From Tepidisphaeraceae bacterium (GTDB taxonomy: Bacteria; Planctomycetota; Phycisphaerae; Tepidisphaerales; Tepidisphaeraceae), in assembly GCA_035627895.1 (NCBI GenBank), contig DASPKW010000178.1:5033-69032 (forward strand): a DNA stretch of 64,000 bases, read 5' to 3'. A program made the translations under genes and the position numbers. Below are positions 22,953 through 34,072 of the stretch, piece after piece (within the stretch, counting starts at the first letter, position 1; each line of letters begins with the position of its first letter). Under the pieces are notes generated by a model. The model searched no databases. It was not told the DNA's origin and was given only the letters and a program-made list of their open reading frames with translations.

Positions 22953-23594
22953 TTGCGAACGCGGGCCAACGTCTCTGGAGGCCTTGTGAGCGAACGAAAC
23001 TTACCCGCGGCCGCCGTCGACAGGCTGGTCGGCCAAGTGATCGAGGGGCACGCCCGGTGCCGCAAGTGCGGCGAAGAAATGATCCGGCTCGCGATCGAAA
23101 ACGGCGGGCGACTGTTGCAACTCAAGTCGACCGTCGGTCACGGCGGCTGGGGGGATTTCGTCCGGGATCGGCTCGGCATCGCACCGCGGACGATCCAGCG
23201 ATACTGCCAGCTTTACGAGGGCCGCGACGCGATCCTCCCCGCGGTCGACGCCGGCCAGGTCGACTCGATCGCCGACGCGGTGCGCGTCGCCCGCGGCCTC
23301 CCGCCAGCCGACGCGGCATCGGACGCCGACGCGGTCGACCCGGCGATCGTCGAGCGGGCGGAGGACCTCTGCCGCCGGGCCGTCGACGCGATGATCGCGG
23401 CCGGCACCCCGATGGCGCTCGCGGGTCCGCTCGCGGGGCTCCGCGCGACCGCCATCGTGCGGAAACACGGGTTGTACCGACACGAGGGGGCCGACACGTT
23501 CGATGACTGGCTCCGCGGCAAGAGCGGCGGGGCGATAGGAGAATCCGATTTCGACCAGCTGTACGACATTCTCGCCGCGCCCCTGGCGGCCTGA
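22953..23594 (+). CDS. hypothetical phage protein (DUF3102-like)
   Basis: GHGGWGDFVRDRLGIAPRTIQRYCQLYE resembles the DUF3102 signature. Confidence 0.5.
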   Translation: MRTRANVSGGLVSERNLPAAAVDRLVGQVIEGHARCRKCGEEMIRLAIENGGRLLQLKSTVGHGGWGDFVRDRLGIAPRTIQRYCQLYEGRDAILPAVDAGQVDSIADAVRVARGLPPADAASDADAVDPAIVERAEDLCRRAVDAMIAAGTPMALAGPLAGLRATAIVRKHGLYRHEGADTFDDWLRGKSGGAIGESDFDQLYDILAAPLAA

Positions 23595-23961
23595 GGCCCG
23601 CGCGCCTCGCTCGCTTGCGCCCGCGGTTGACTCCGCGGCGCCGGCTTGCCCGGCCACGCGCCGGGCGACATCGCGGGTTTCATTACCAACCGGCACCCGA
23701 ACGCGTGTTCAAAAGCCGGAGGTCAAAAACGGTCGCAGGATCGAGACGAGCCATCCGTGCCTCCCACAGCACGGGCGACGACCTGGCCACGTTCCACTCG
23801 CAAATCCAAATCCGGGCAACGCTCCCCTTTGCGACCCGGTGCCTGACGTCAGAGTGGTTTTAGAGGCCCGAGAGGATGCCGCTGGGACTCGCGGGGCACT
23901 TCGCCCCAGAGTCAGGCCATAAAAGGCGTGGTTGCGCGCCGACCGCACCGGAGACGAAAAC

Positions 23962-25122
23962 ATGCCGCATGACGTGATCGCCCCCAACGGATGCCGCCCC
24001 GAACAACTCTTCGGGCTCTGGCTGATCGACCCGGCTACGCTCGACGCGTACCGCGGCCGCGCCCTCGCGGTCGACCTCGAGGCGCTCGCGCGGCTCAACG
24101 CGCAGGCGGAGGCGAAACGCGAGGCGGAGGGCAAGGCCGACAAGCCGTACGCGGTCGCCGGCGGCGTCGCGGTGATCGCGGTCAGCGGCCCGACGACCAA
24201 GCACCAGACGTCGTTCGCCTCGCTGCTCGGCGGGACGTCCACGGTCGCGGTCGGCCGGGCCCTGAGCCAGGCGGCCGACGACGCGGACGTCTCGTCGATC
24301 CTGATGCACTTCGAGGACGCCCCGGGCGGCACGGTCGCCGGCGCGTTCGAACTGGTCGACCGGATCCGCGCGGCGAGCCGCCGCAAACCCGTGCACGCGC
24401 AGGGCACGGATCAGATGACGTCCGCGGCCTACCTGTTCGCGTCGGTCTGCGACCGCGTGACCGTCAACCGGACGGCGATGGTCGGCAGCATCGGGACGCG
24501 GGCCCAGCTCGTTGACACGAGCGAGGCGATGCGCCGCGACGGGATCCGGGTGATCCCGATCGCGGCCGGAAAGTACAAGGCCGCGGGCCTGCCCGGCACG
24601 CCCATCACCGACGAGCAGGTCGCCGACTTCCAACGCCAGGTCGAGGCCCTGAACGATCAGTTCGTGAACGACGTCGCGATCGGCCGCGGGCTCGACCCGG
24701 CCGCCGTCCGCGCGACCGAGGCCCGCGTGTACGTCGGCGCGGAGGCCGTCGCCGCCGGACTCGCCGACTCCATCGGAACTTTTGACGAAACGTTCGCGCG
24801 GCTACGGCGCGAGCACCTCGCGACGTCCGCCGGCGGGGCTGCGCCCGCCGCGGCGTCGCTTTCCCTCACCGGAGATCCCGACGTGTTCCTACTCAACCAG
24901 CTCCGCGACCTGTTCAACGATCAGACCCTAAACGAACGCCAGGCGGTCGACCGCGTCCGCGCCCTGCTCGGCAACGGCGACCGATCGACGGCGTCGGCGC
25001 GGCCGCTCGGCAAGGGCGCCGTCCGCGCGGCGGACGCGTTCTCGCCCGACGCGTCCGAGCAGTTCGGCCGCGAGTGGCGCGAACAGCAGCTCAAGGCCCG
25101 CGGCATCGACCCGGCCGCATGA
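23962..25122 (+). CDS. S49-family (SppA/ClpP-fold) peptidase, phage head-maturation protease type
   Basis: VAVIAVSGPT..., ILMHFEDAPGGTV, the Ser motif QMTSAAYLFAS and the Lys motif AAGKYKAAG are colinear with phage S49 prohead proteases. Confidence 0.75.
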   Translation: MPHDVIAPNGCRPEQLFGLWLIDPATLDAYRGRALAVDLEALARLNAQAEAKREAEGKADKPYAVAGGVAVIAVSGPTTKHQTSFASLLGGTSTVAVGRALSQAADDADVSSILMHFEDAPGGTVAGAFELVDRIRAASRRKPVHAQGTDQMTSAAYLFASVCDRVTVNRTAMVGSIGTRAQLVDTSEAMRRDGIRVIPIAAGKYKAAGLPGTPITDEQVADFQRQVEALNDQFVNDVAIGRGLDPAAVRATEARVYVGAEAVAAGLADSIGTFDETFARLRREHLATSAGGAAPAAASLSLTGDPDVFLLNQLRDLFNDQTLNERQAVDRVRALLGNGDRSTASARPLGKGAVRAADAFSPDASEQFGREWREQQLKARGIDPAA

Positions 25123-25198
25123 CCCGCCCCGCGTCCCAATTTGGGACGTTTCGCACCCATCCCGTACGAACGTCAACCCCGATACAGGAGCTACGCAC

Positions 25199-25657
25199 AT
25201 GGCAAAGCAACAACAACCGCAAGCGGCCGCACCCGCCCACGCCGACGCCGTCCCGGTCGTCAAGGAGGGCGGCGGGACGCCCGGGCCGGTCGTCGCCGCG
25301 CTCGCGAGCCCGAACGCGCCGGCCGCCCCGCCCGCGTCCGCGGCGCCCGCCGTCGAGGTCGACCGCGTGGGCGTGCCCGACGCGGTCGTCGAGCGGACGT
25401 CCGACGGCCGCCTGACCCTGCACGGCATGCGGCAGGTGATCGCGTCCGGCGGGAGCGTGCTGCACGGCGGCCGCGTGATCTCGCGCCTCGCCGACCTGCC
25501 GAGCCCGGCGGACATGGGCGACGCGGCCGACCTGAGCGCCGAGGCGTCCCGACTGGATCGGGAGATCGCCGCGCTCACCGCGACCCGCAACCGCGTGGAC
25601 GCCGCCCGCCGCGACCGCGAGGCCGCCTCCGCACGCCCGGCGGCGCGCCGGCCCTGA
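25199..25657 (+). CDS. hypothetical head-module protein
   Basis: 152-aa ORF directly downstream of the protease. Ala/Pro-rich N-terminus. Confidence 0.45.
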   Translation: MAKQQQPQAAAPAHADAVPVVKEGGGTPGPVVAALASPNAPAAPPASAAPAVEVDRVGVPDAVVERTSDGRLTLHGMRQVIASGGSVLHGGRVISRLADLPSPADMGDAADLSAEASRLDREIAALTATRNRVDAARRDREAASARPAARRP

Positions 25658-25719
25658 CGCCGCGCCGGCCGGCCTGACGGACGCCCCGCCGAACCATTGA
25701 CCCCCTACCAGAGGATCGA

Positions 25720-26271
25720 ATGTCCCTGCTCGACACGCTCAACACGCAGCTCGCCGCCGACCGCGGCCGCGCGACCGCCGCCTACGCCGCCCTGCTCGCC
25801 CGCCACGCCGCCCCCGACCCGGGCGACGTCGACGAGCTCCGCGCGGCAATGACCACGCTCGGCCTGTCCGCCGCCGACGTCGCCGCCGACGTCCGCGCGC
25901 TCGAGGCGATGCGCACCACGGCCGCGCAGGTCTGGACGCCCGAGCAGATCGAGCGGCGGGCCGCGGACGCGGCGGCGGCCCGGGCGGCGGTCGCGGCCGA
26001 CCTGCGCGGCGTGCTCGCCGGGATCGTCGCCACGCTCGACGCGGAGGAGGCGTGGAACCTGCTCGGGTCGCTGGCCGCCAGCCTGACCCCAGAGCAGGCC
26101 GCCGCGCAACGGGCGATCGGCGAGCGGTGGCAGGCGATCGGCACCGACCCCGCGGAGGCGATGCGGGCCGAGAACCGCCAGCTGCGCGAGGCGCTCGACG
26201 CGGTCCGGTCGGCGAGCCCGCGGGTCGCGGCGGCGGCCGACCTGGCGAGCGCCGGCGACGACGAACGTTGA
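25720..26271 (+). CDS. hypothetical helical protein (scaffold-like by position)
   Basis: 183-aa Ala-rich helical ORF within the head module. Confidence 0.45.
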   Translation: MSLLDTLNTQLAADRGRATAAYAALLARHAAPDPGDVDELRAAMTTLGLSAADVAADVRALEAMRTTAAQVWTPEQIERRAADAAAARAAVAADLRGVLAGIVATLDAEEAWNLLGSLAASLTPEQAAAQRAIGERWQAIGTDPAEAMRAENRQLREALDAVRSASPRVAAAADLASAGDDER

Positions 26272-26464
26272 GGATGTCCGACGCCGGTACCCGGGCGAGC
26301 CGGCGGCCCCTCTGGCGGGGCGCGGGAAGTGAGGCGTGACCGCAACGGCGTCCGCCCCGCCCTTTCAAGGGTCAGTGCGGGACCCGACCCCGAAATCCAC
26401 CGGCCGCACCCCCGCCGGCGTCGCCCTTCAACCGGCGGCCCGGCTTTGAACGGAGAGACGAGAC

Positions 26465-27328
26465 ATGCCCGCCGAACTGATCCTCGACACCGTAAAGGAC
26501 GCCCAGATCGAGACCGTGCGCGACCGCGTCCACGTGCGGCGCACGGGCCTGATCAAGGGGATCGACACGACGCTCCCGTGCGCCGAAGTGTTCGCGACCG
26601 CGATCAACGTCGCCGGCATGCCCCAATATTTCGACGCGTTCCCGCTCGCGGCCTACTCGTACGCACGGCTGACGCGGCACATCTTCACCCCGGAGAGCCA
26701 GGACGTGCTGCGGTTCGCGCTGCTGTACGAGCCGATCGACTTCAACCCGGCGGGCGGTGGGATTTCCTTCTTCCTGACGCGGCGGACGACGCTCGTCGAG
26801 CTGACGACCGAGTTCCACCCCAGGACAAGCGCGCCGATGCGCGTGAAGTGGGAAAACAAGGCCGACCCGAACCCCCAGGCGACGGCCCGCGCGAACACGG
26901 TCGGTCTTAGGTACCTTTCGCCGATGCAGGTCCTGACCGCGCACGCGTGGGTGCGCGGCGCCGTGCCCGACGCGATGCTGAATTGCATCGGACACGTGAA
27001 TGAGCACTTCTGGCGGGACGGCGCGTCCGGCCGGTGGCTGTGCACGGGCGAGGAGGACCGGACGCAGGACCGGGCCCGGAGCTACTCGTTCTCTTTCGAG
27101 TTCACCAAGTACATGCAGAAGGGGAAAGATTGGAGTTCGTACGCGGTCTACCGCGACCCGGTCACGGGCATCGCGCTCCCGTACGACCCGAACGACTTGG
27201 ACGTGCTGAAGGCCATGGCCTACAAGTATGACGTCATCCTGAAAAACGGACTACTCAAGGCGGGGCTGTACGACGTCGCCGACTTCGGGGCCGCGTTCGG
27301 GTTCGGCCGCCCCGGCGACCCGTTCTAG
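26465..27328 (+). CDS. hypothetical protein (major capsid candidate by position only)
   Basis: 287-aa ORF with diverse composition and lower GC. It lies downstream of the protease and scaffold-like genes. Confidence 0.5.
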   Translation: MPAELILDTVKDAQIETVRDRVHVRRTGLIKGIDTTLPCAEVFATAINVAGMPQYFDAFPLAAYSYARLTRHIFTPESQDVLRFALLYEPIDFNPAGGGISFFLTRRTTLVELTTEFHPRTSAPMRVKWENKADPNPQATARANTVGLRYLSPMQVLTAHAWVRGAVPDAMLNCIGHVNEHFWRDGASGRWLCTGEEDRTQDRARSYSFSFEFTKYMQKGKDWSSYAVYRDPVTGIALPYDPNDLDVLKAMAYKYDVILKNGLLKAGLYDVADFGAAFGFGRPGDPF

Positions 27329-27364
27329 ACAACGCATCCCCTCCACTTACTTACGGGAGATAAA

Positions 27365-27775
27365 ATGCCCAGCAATCCTGAGATGGTTCCGATTCCGCAC
27401 GAGCTCGCCCGCGCGATGGCGACGGGAGACGCCGCGCCGGCCGCCCCGCCCCCCGGTTCGCGAACGACCACGCGGATCCTCGACGGCCAGGATCCGCGAC
27501 CGTTCATCTGCGGGCAACTCGCGGAGGTCGACCGCCTGGTCGACCTGGCCGAGGGATCCAGCATCACGGACGCGCAGTTGCGCGTTCGCCGCGCTGAACT
27601 GGTCGAGGAGCTCGAGCATCTCGAACGGATGGGAGCACACCGGCCCGTCGGCGACGTGCTGCCGGCGACGCGAGCCGCGATCTCAAGGTCGGTCGACGGC
27701 ACGTGGGCCGCGGACTTGGCGGGACTTCCGGTGCACGGAGCTACTTCGGGCGGGGCCCCGGACTCGCGTCCTTGA
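27365..27775 (+). CDS. hypothetical protein
   Basis: 136-aa ORF following the capsid candidate. Confidence 0.4.
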   Translation: MPSNPEMVPIPHELARAMATGDAAPAAPPPGSRTTTRILDGQDPRPFICGQLAEVDRLVDLAEGSSITDAQLRVRRAELVEELEHLERMGAHRPVGDVLPATRAAISRSVDGTWAADLAGLPVHGATSGGAPDSRP

Positions 27776-28277
27776 CGGTTACGGCGACGGCAATACCGGT
27801 TCGGTCGGCGGCGAGGTCGACCCGCTCGATTGCCCCGTGAAACGTGAACCGGTCGCCCGGCTTGAGCTTCGCCATACCGGGCGCCGCACCGCTCGCGAAC
27901 GTCGCGCTTGCCGACCCGCCCGACACCGCGAGGGCCCCGGCCTTACCGCCGGGCGTTCGAATGACTGCGTACGGCACGCGGAGGTCTCCCTTGTCTTTGA
28001 GCCCGACGGAAAAAACCTCGCCCGTCAGTTGCACCGGGACGTCTGCGAACCGCTTAGCAGCCCACGCCCCCACCAGCTCGCTCTGGATGGCCGTCCACCC
28101 CTCTCGGCCCGGCGCGAGATCCTTCGGCAGGGCCGCCACGATCTCCGCGACACTGCTGATCGGTGCCGGGGCCGCCACCGCGTCGCTGCCGAACGCGGGC
28201 TTGTCGGCCGCGGCGGCCGGCGTCCCAAATTGGGACAACGTGACGAGCGCGACGAGCGTGAAGGCGGCGGTTCGCAT
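27741..28277 (-). CDS. secreted hypothetical protein
   Basis: Start at internal ATG 28277. Signal peptide MRTAAFTLVALVTLSQFGTPAAAADK. Confidence 0.55.
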   Translation of the reverse strand: MRTAAFTLVALVTLSQFGTPAAAADKPAFGSDAVAAPAPISSVAEIVAALPKDLAPGREGWTAIQSELVGAWAAKRFADVPVQLTGEVFSVGLKDKGDLRVPYAVIRTPGGKAGALAVSGGSASATFASGAAPGMAKLKPGDRFTFHGAIERVDLAADRTGIAVAVTVKDASPGPRPK

Positions 28278-28401
28278 GCCCCGCACGATAACACCCGGCC
28301 GGCCGCCCGGGCTATCGAACAGGCTCCGAACTTTATAACGCCGCGTGTATGATCGCGGACGCGCGGCCCGGCCGTCGCGCGACGCAACAGAGAGGTGAGC
28401 G

Positions 28402-30081
<1,680 letters not shown>

Positions 30082-30210
30082 GGATTACACGCCGGTTCCT
30101 CAATATGCCCCGACGACCGGAAAAACGTCCGGGCGTCCCCTGTATCTGACATTGCGGCCCGGTACAATCCCCGGCGGGTGGTCTCGACTCACCGACGGAG
30201 GGCTTTGCCC

Positions 30211-32139
30211 ATGCCGTGTTATCGCCTGGGTCGCACCGCGACTCTGGGAGCCCTTACCGTCGCTGCCGTTTTCAATGGCTCGCGCGCCGGGGCGACCGAC
30301 ATACGCGGCATCCAGCCCGCCGCCCTCGACCAGCCGCGCATCAACGCGCTGCTCGTCCAGCCCGGCGCCACCCCCAACACCGGCGCGCTCTGGGCCGACT
30401 TCTTCGGCGACCGCCTCTTTAACGTCGAGGCGTTCCTCGACACCGGCGCCTCCGGCGTCGTCATCTCCGCCAACACCTACGGCGCCCTCGGCCTCACCGG
30501 CCGGCCCGACCTCTACAACCCCGGCGTCGGCAACCTGACCTACCCCGCCAACGGCCAGAACGTCTACTTCGAGGACGTCGGCGTCGCCGGCCAGCACGTC
30601 CCGCGGTTCAACGTCTCCAACCCGGTCAACATCGCGATCGGGCAGTTCACGCCGACCAATACGTCGCGAATCAAGGCGGCCGAAGAGGCGTTCTCGTCCG
30701 GCGGCACCCTCGCGTCGACCGACTTCGGCGGGTACACGCAGACCGTCGCCAACGTCCGCGCCCAGGTCGGCCCGTTCATCGGCGAAGACCCGAGCGACCC
30801 GAACGACAACCCGCTCGTCTCCGACCTCGACGTGTTCGGCATGCCGCTGATCAAGGGCCGCGTGATGGTCATGGACCCGCGCCCGGTCGAAAAGCTGATG
30901 AACGGCGGACAGCCCGCGTACAACGAGGCAACGGGCGAGCAGGAAGACATCCGGATGCGGACGTACCTGTACGCGCCGGGCACGCCGTGGCGCCCGCTGA
31001 CGGTCGATTCCGACCCGGGAATCCCGCTGACCACGCGTTCGGTGCGAGTGTCCAAGGCGAATTTCAATGCGTTCTCGAAAGTCGGAACCGCGCCGACGCC
31101 GGACGGCGCGCTCACGCCGATTCCCGCCGCCGACCGCGACGCCTACCTGCCGACGCTCAACGACAACCCGTTCCTCGGCCCCAACCCGCTGGCCCCGGCC
31201 GGTGATACCACCCCGCCGGTCGCGCTGACGTTCAACGGCAAGCGGACGACCGGGTCGTTCCTACTCGACACGGGCGCCGCCGCCTCGATGATCTCGAACG
31301 GCGTGGCCGCCAACCTGAACGTCCGCTACCGGCCCGGGACGCAGGGCACTGACGCGCCGATCCTCGAGACGTTCAACCCCGCCAACCCCGGGGCCGTCGG
31401 CACGCCGATCGGCGACCAGTTCGCCCTCACGATCGGCGGGATCGACGGGACGAAGAAGGTCTCCGGGTTCTGGCTGTCGTCCATGGTCCTCAAGACCCTC
31501 CAGGGCGACGCCGCCAACGACGACGACGCCAAGCACCTCCGCTTCCTCGAATCGCCCGTCCTCGTCACCGACATTTCCGTCCTGAACGACGTGACCGGCC
31601 AAAAGGTCACGCTCGACGGCATATTCGGGATGAACAACATCATCTCGTCGATCTGGATCGGCGAGCCGCTGGCCCCCGGGTTCCCGATCCCGGACCTGCA
31701 GGACCTGACGCCGTCGCCGTTCGACTGGGCGGTGTACGACGACCCCAACTCCCTGCTGTCGTTCAAGCTCCGCACACCCGGCGACGCCGACCGCGACGGG
31801 AAAGTGTCGCTCAACGACCTGGTCATCCTCGCGAACAGGTACGGGAGTGAGGCCGAGGCCGGCGACCCGTATAAGACGGGCGACTTCGACGGGAATGGGG
31901 TCATCAGCCTCAACGACCTCGTCATCCTCGCCAACCACTACGGGATGAGCGACGTCAACGAGCAGATGCTCATCGACCTGCCCCACTACGCGTTCGACAT
32001 CTTCGGCGGCGCGTTCGACCTGCCGGCCGGCATCGCCCCCGTCCCCGAGCCCGGCGGCGCGATCGTCGCGATCGCCCTGCTGGCGGCCCCGGTCCTTTCC
32101 CGGCGGCGGCGACGACCGGCGCGGCCGACCGCGCTATAA
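30211..32139 (+). CDS. secreted two-lobed retropepsin-like aspartyl protease with two dockerin repeats and a PEP-CTERM anchor
   Basis: Signal peptide. Two D-T-G sites (FLDTGASGVVIS and FLLDTGAAASMIS). Dockerin type I repeats (DADRDGKVSLNDLVILANRYG and GDFDGNGVISLNDLVILANHYG). C-terminal VPEPGGAIVAIALLAAPVLSRRRRR. Confidence 0.75.
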   Translation: MPCYRLGRTATLGALTVAAVFNGSRAGATDIRGIQPAALDQPRINALLVQPGATPNTGALWADFFGDRLFNVEAFLDTGASGVVISANTYGALGLTGRPDLYNPGVGNLTYPANGQNVYFEDVGVAGQHVPRFNVSNPVNIAIGQFTPTNTSRIKAAEEAFSSGGTLASTDFGGYTQTVANVRAQVGPFIGEDPSDPNDNPLVSDLDVFGMPLIKGRVMVMDPRPVEKLMNGGQPAYNEATGEQEDIRMRTYLYAPGTPWRPLTVDSDPGIPLTTRSVRVSKANFNAFSKVGTAPTPDGALTPIPAADRDAYLPTLNDNPFLGPNPLAPAGDTTPPVALTFNGKRTTGSFLLDTGAAASMISNGVAANLNVRYRPGTQGTDAPILETFNPANPGAVGTPIGDQFALTIGGIDGTKKVSGFWLSSMVLKTLQGDAANDDDAKHLRFLESPVLVTDISVLNDVTGQKVTLDGIFGMNNIISSIWIGEPLAPGFPIPDLQDLTPSPFDWAVYDDPNSLLSFKLRTPGDADRDGKVSLNDLVILANRYGSEAEAGDPYKTGDFDGNGVISLNDLVILANHYGMSDVNEQMLIDLPHYAFDIFGGAFDLPAGIAPVPEPGGAIVAIALLAAPVLSRRRRRPARPTAL

Positions 32140-32148
32140 TCTCCCCCC

Positions 32149-32919
32149 ATGGCGCTGACCCGCGACCGCTGCCTCTGCCTGCGCAAGGTGGAGTACAGCG
32201 AGACCTCACAAATCCTCACGCTCTTCGGCCGCGGCCTCGGACTGATCCGGTGCATCGCCAAGGGTGCGCACCGTCGCACCAAGGCCGGCGCGTCGAAGTT
32301 CGACGGCGGGTGCGACCTGCTCGACCTCGGCGAGGCCGTCTTCTCCCTCCGCCTCGAGAAGGACCTGGCTACCCTTACCGAGTGGTCCCTCCGCGACGGC
32401 CACCTCGAGCTCCGCGCGTCCCTCCGGGCCCTCTACCTCGGCCAGTACGCCGCCGAGCTGACCAGTCTCCTCTTCGAAGAGCACGACCCGCACCCGTGGC
32501 TGTTCGACCGGCTCGCCCACACGCTGACCGAGCTCGCCACGCCCCGGGCCGAAGAGGCGTTCCTCGCCTTCGAGCTCGACCTGATCCGCGAGGCCGGATA
32601 CCTGCCCGACTTCACCGCCTGCGCCAACTGCCGCGCCTCGTTCAGCGACCGCGCGGGCACGTGGTCGTTCTCGCCCGCGCGCGGCGGTGTGATCTGCCGG
32701 AACTGCGAGGGCGTGGCGGCGGACCGCGTCCCGATCGACCCGCGCCTGCTGTCGCTCGCGAGCAGCCTCCTCCGCCTCCCGCGCGCCAACGGCCACCAGC
32801 AGCGGCTGCCCCGGCTTTCGCGGGCGCAGACCGACCCGCTCAACCGCGTGTTCGCCCACCACGTCCAGCACACGCTCGGCCGGCCGCTCCGGCTGCCGAA
32901 GTTCGTGATCTCGCGCTAA
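32149..32919 (+). CDS. recO: DNA repair protein RecO
   Basis: N-terminal OB region (CLRKVEYSETSQILTLF). Zinc-finger C..C...C..C (CANCRAS...VICRNC). Typical length. Confidence 0.85.
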   Translation: MALTRDRCLCLRKVEYSETSQILTLFGRGLGLIRCIAKGAHRRTKAGASKFDGGCDLLDLGEAVFSLRLEKDLATLTEWSLRDGHLELRASLRALYLGQYAAELTSLLFEEHDPHPWLFDRLAHTLTELATPRAEEAFLAFELDLIREAGYLPDFTACANCRASFSDRAGTWSFSPARGGVICRNCEGVAADRVPIDPRLLSLASSLLRLPRANGHQQRLPRLSRAQTDPLNRVFAHHVQHTLGRPLRLPKFVISR

Positions 32920-32940
32920 CCCGATACAATTCGCCCCCCT

Positions 32941-34032
32941 ATGGCTCAGGACCACACGGTCACCGTCGCGATCCCCGGATCGCCCGCGTACCCGATCCAC
33001 GTCGCCCCCGGCCTGCTCGCGCGTGCCGGCGACCTGCTCCGCACGCTCTCGAACTCCCGCAAGGCCGCCGTCATCACCGACGCGTCCGTCGGCCCGCTCC
33101 ACCTTCCGGCCTTCCGCGCGTCGCTCGAACGCGCGGGCTTCGAAGTGATCGCCGCGACGCTCGAGCCGGGCGAAGACCACAAGACGCTCGCCGACCTGCT
33201 CCCCGTGTTCGACACGCTGCTGGCCGCGCGCATGGAACGGACGACACCCGTGCTGGCGCTCGGCGGCGGGCTCGTCGGCGACATGGCGGGCTTCGTCGCG
33301 GCGACGGTGCTCCGCGGCGTGCCGTTCGTGCAGGTGCCGACCACGCTCTTGGCGATGGTCGACGCGTCCGTCGGCGGCAAGACCGGAGTCAATCACGCGG
33401 TCGGGAAGAACCTGATCGGCGCCTTCCACCAGCCGGTCGCTGTCCTCATCGACCCGGCCACCCTCACGACGCTCCCGCCGCGCGAGCTGCGCTCCGGCCT
33501 GGCCGAGTGCATCAAGCACGACGTCATCCGCGACGCCGAGGGGTTCGCGCGACTCGAACAACACGTCACCCGCGCCGCCGCCCTCGACCTCGACTACCTG
33601 ACGGGCCTCGTCGCCCACAACGTGGCGATCAAGGCGCGGGTGGTCGAATCCGACCCGTTCGAGCACGGCGAGCGCGCCCACCTCAACCTCGGCCACACGT
33701 TCGGGCACGCGATCGAGACGCTGTCCAACTACGAGTACGCGCACGGCGAGTGCGTCGCGCTCGGCATCGTCGCTGCGGCCGACGCGGCCGTCCGCCTGAA
33801 TTTGCTCGACGAACAGAGCCGCCGGCGGATCGTCGCCCTGATCGACAAGGCCGGCCTCCCGACGGGCGGGCTGACGCTCGACCCGGCGAAGGTCGTCGAC
33901 GCGCTGGTCTTCGACAAGAAAGTCCGCGCGGGGAAAGTGCGGTTCGTCCTCCCCGATCGCGTCGGGCACGTCGTGATCCGCGACGACGTCCCCCCGGACG
34001 TCGTGCGCGCGGCGGTGGAGTCGCTCCGCTAG
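32941..34032 (+). CDS. aroB: 3-dehydroquinate synthase
   Basis: GGGLVGDMAGFVAATVLRGVPFVQVPTTLLAMVDASVGGKTGVNH and HLNLGHTFGHAIE are AroB signatures. Confidence 0.9.
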   Translation: MAQDHTVTVAIPGSPAYPIHVAPGLLARAGDLLRTLSNSRKAAVITDASVGPLHLPAFRASLERAGFEVIAATLEPGEDHKTLADLLPVFDTLLAARMERTTPVLALGGGLVGDMAGFVAATVLRGVPFVQVPTTLLAMVDASVGGKTGVNHAVGKNLIGAFHQPVAVLIDPATLTTLPPRELRSGLAECIKHDVIRDAEGFARLEQHVTRAAALDLDYLTGLVAHNVAIKARVVESDPFEHGERAHLNLGHTFGHAIETLSNYEYAHGECVALGIVAAADAAVRLNLLDEQSRRRIVALIDKAGLPTGGLTLDPAKVVDALVFDKKVRAGKVRFVLPDRVGHVVIRDDVPPDVVRAAVESLR

Positions 34033-34072
34033 GCGCCACATCCCGAAAATCGTGACGCCACGTTTCGCGCTC

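Noticed and set aside
32206-34055. ORFs 32206-34041 (-, 611 aa) and 32250-34055 (+, 601 aa).
   Set aside because: They overlap recO and aroB, which have clear family signatures in another frame. The translations are Arg/Pro/Gly-rich.
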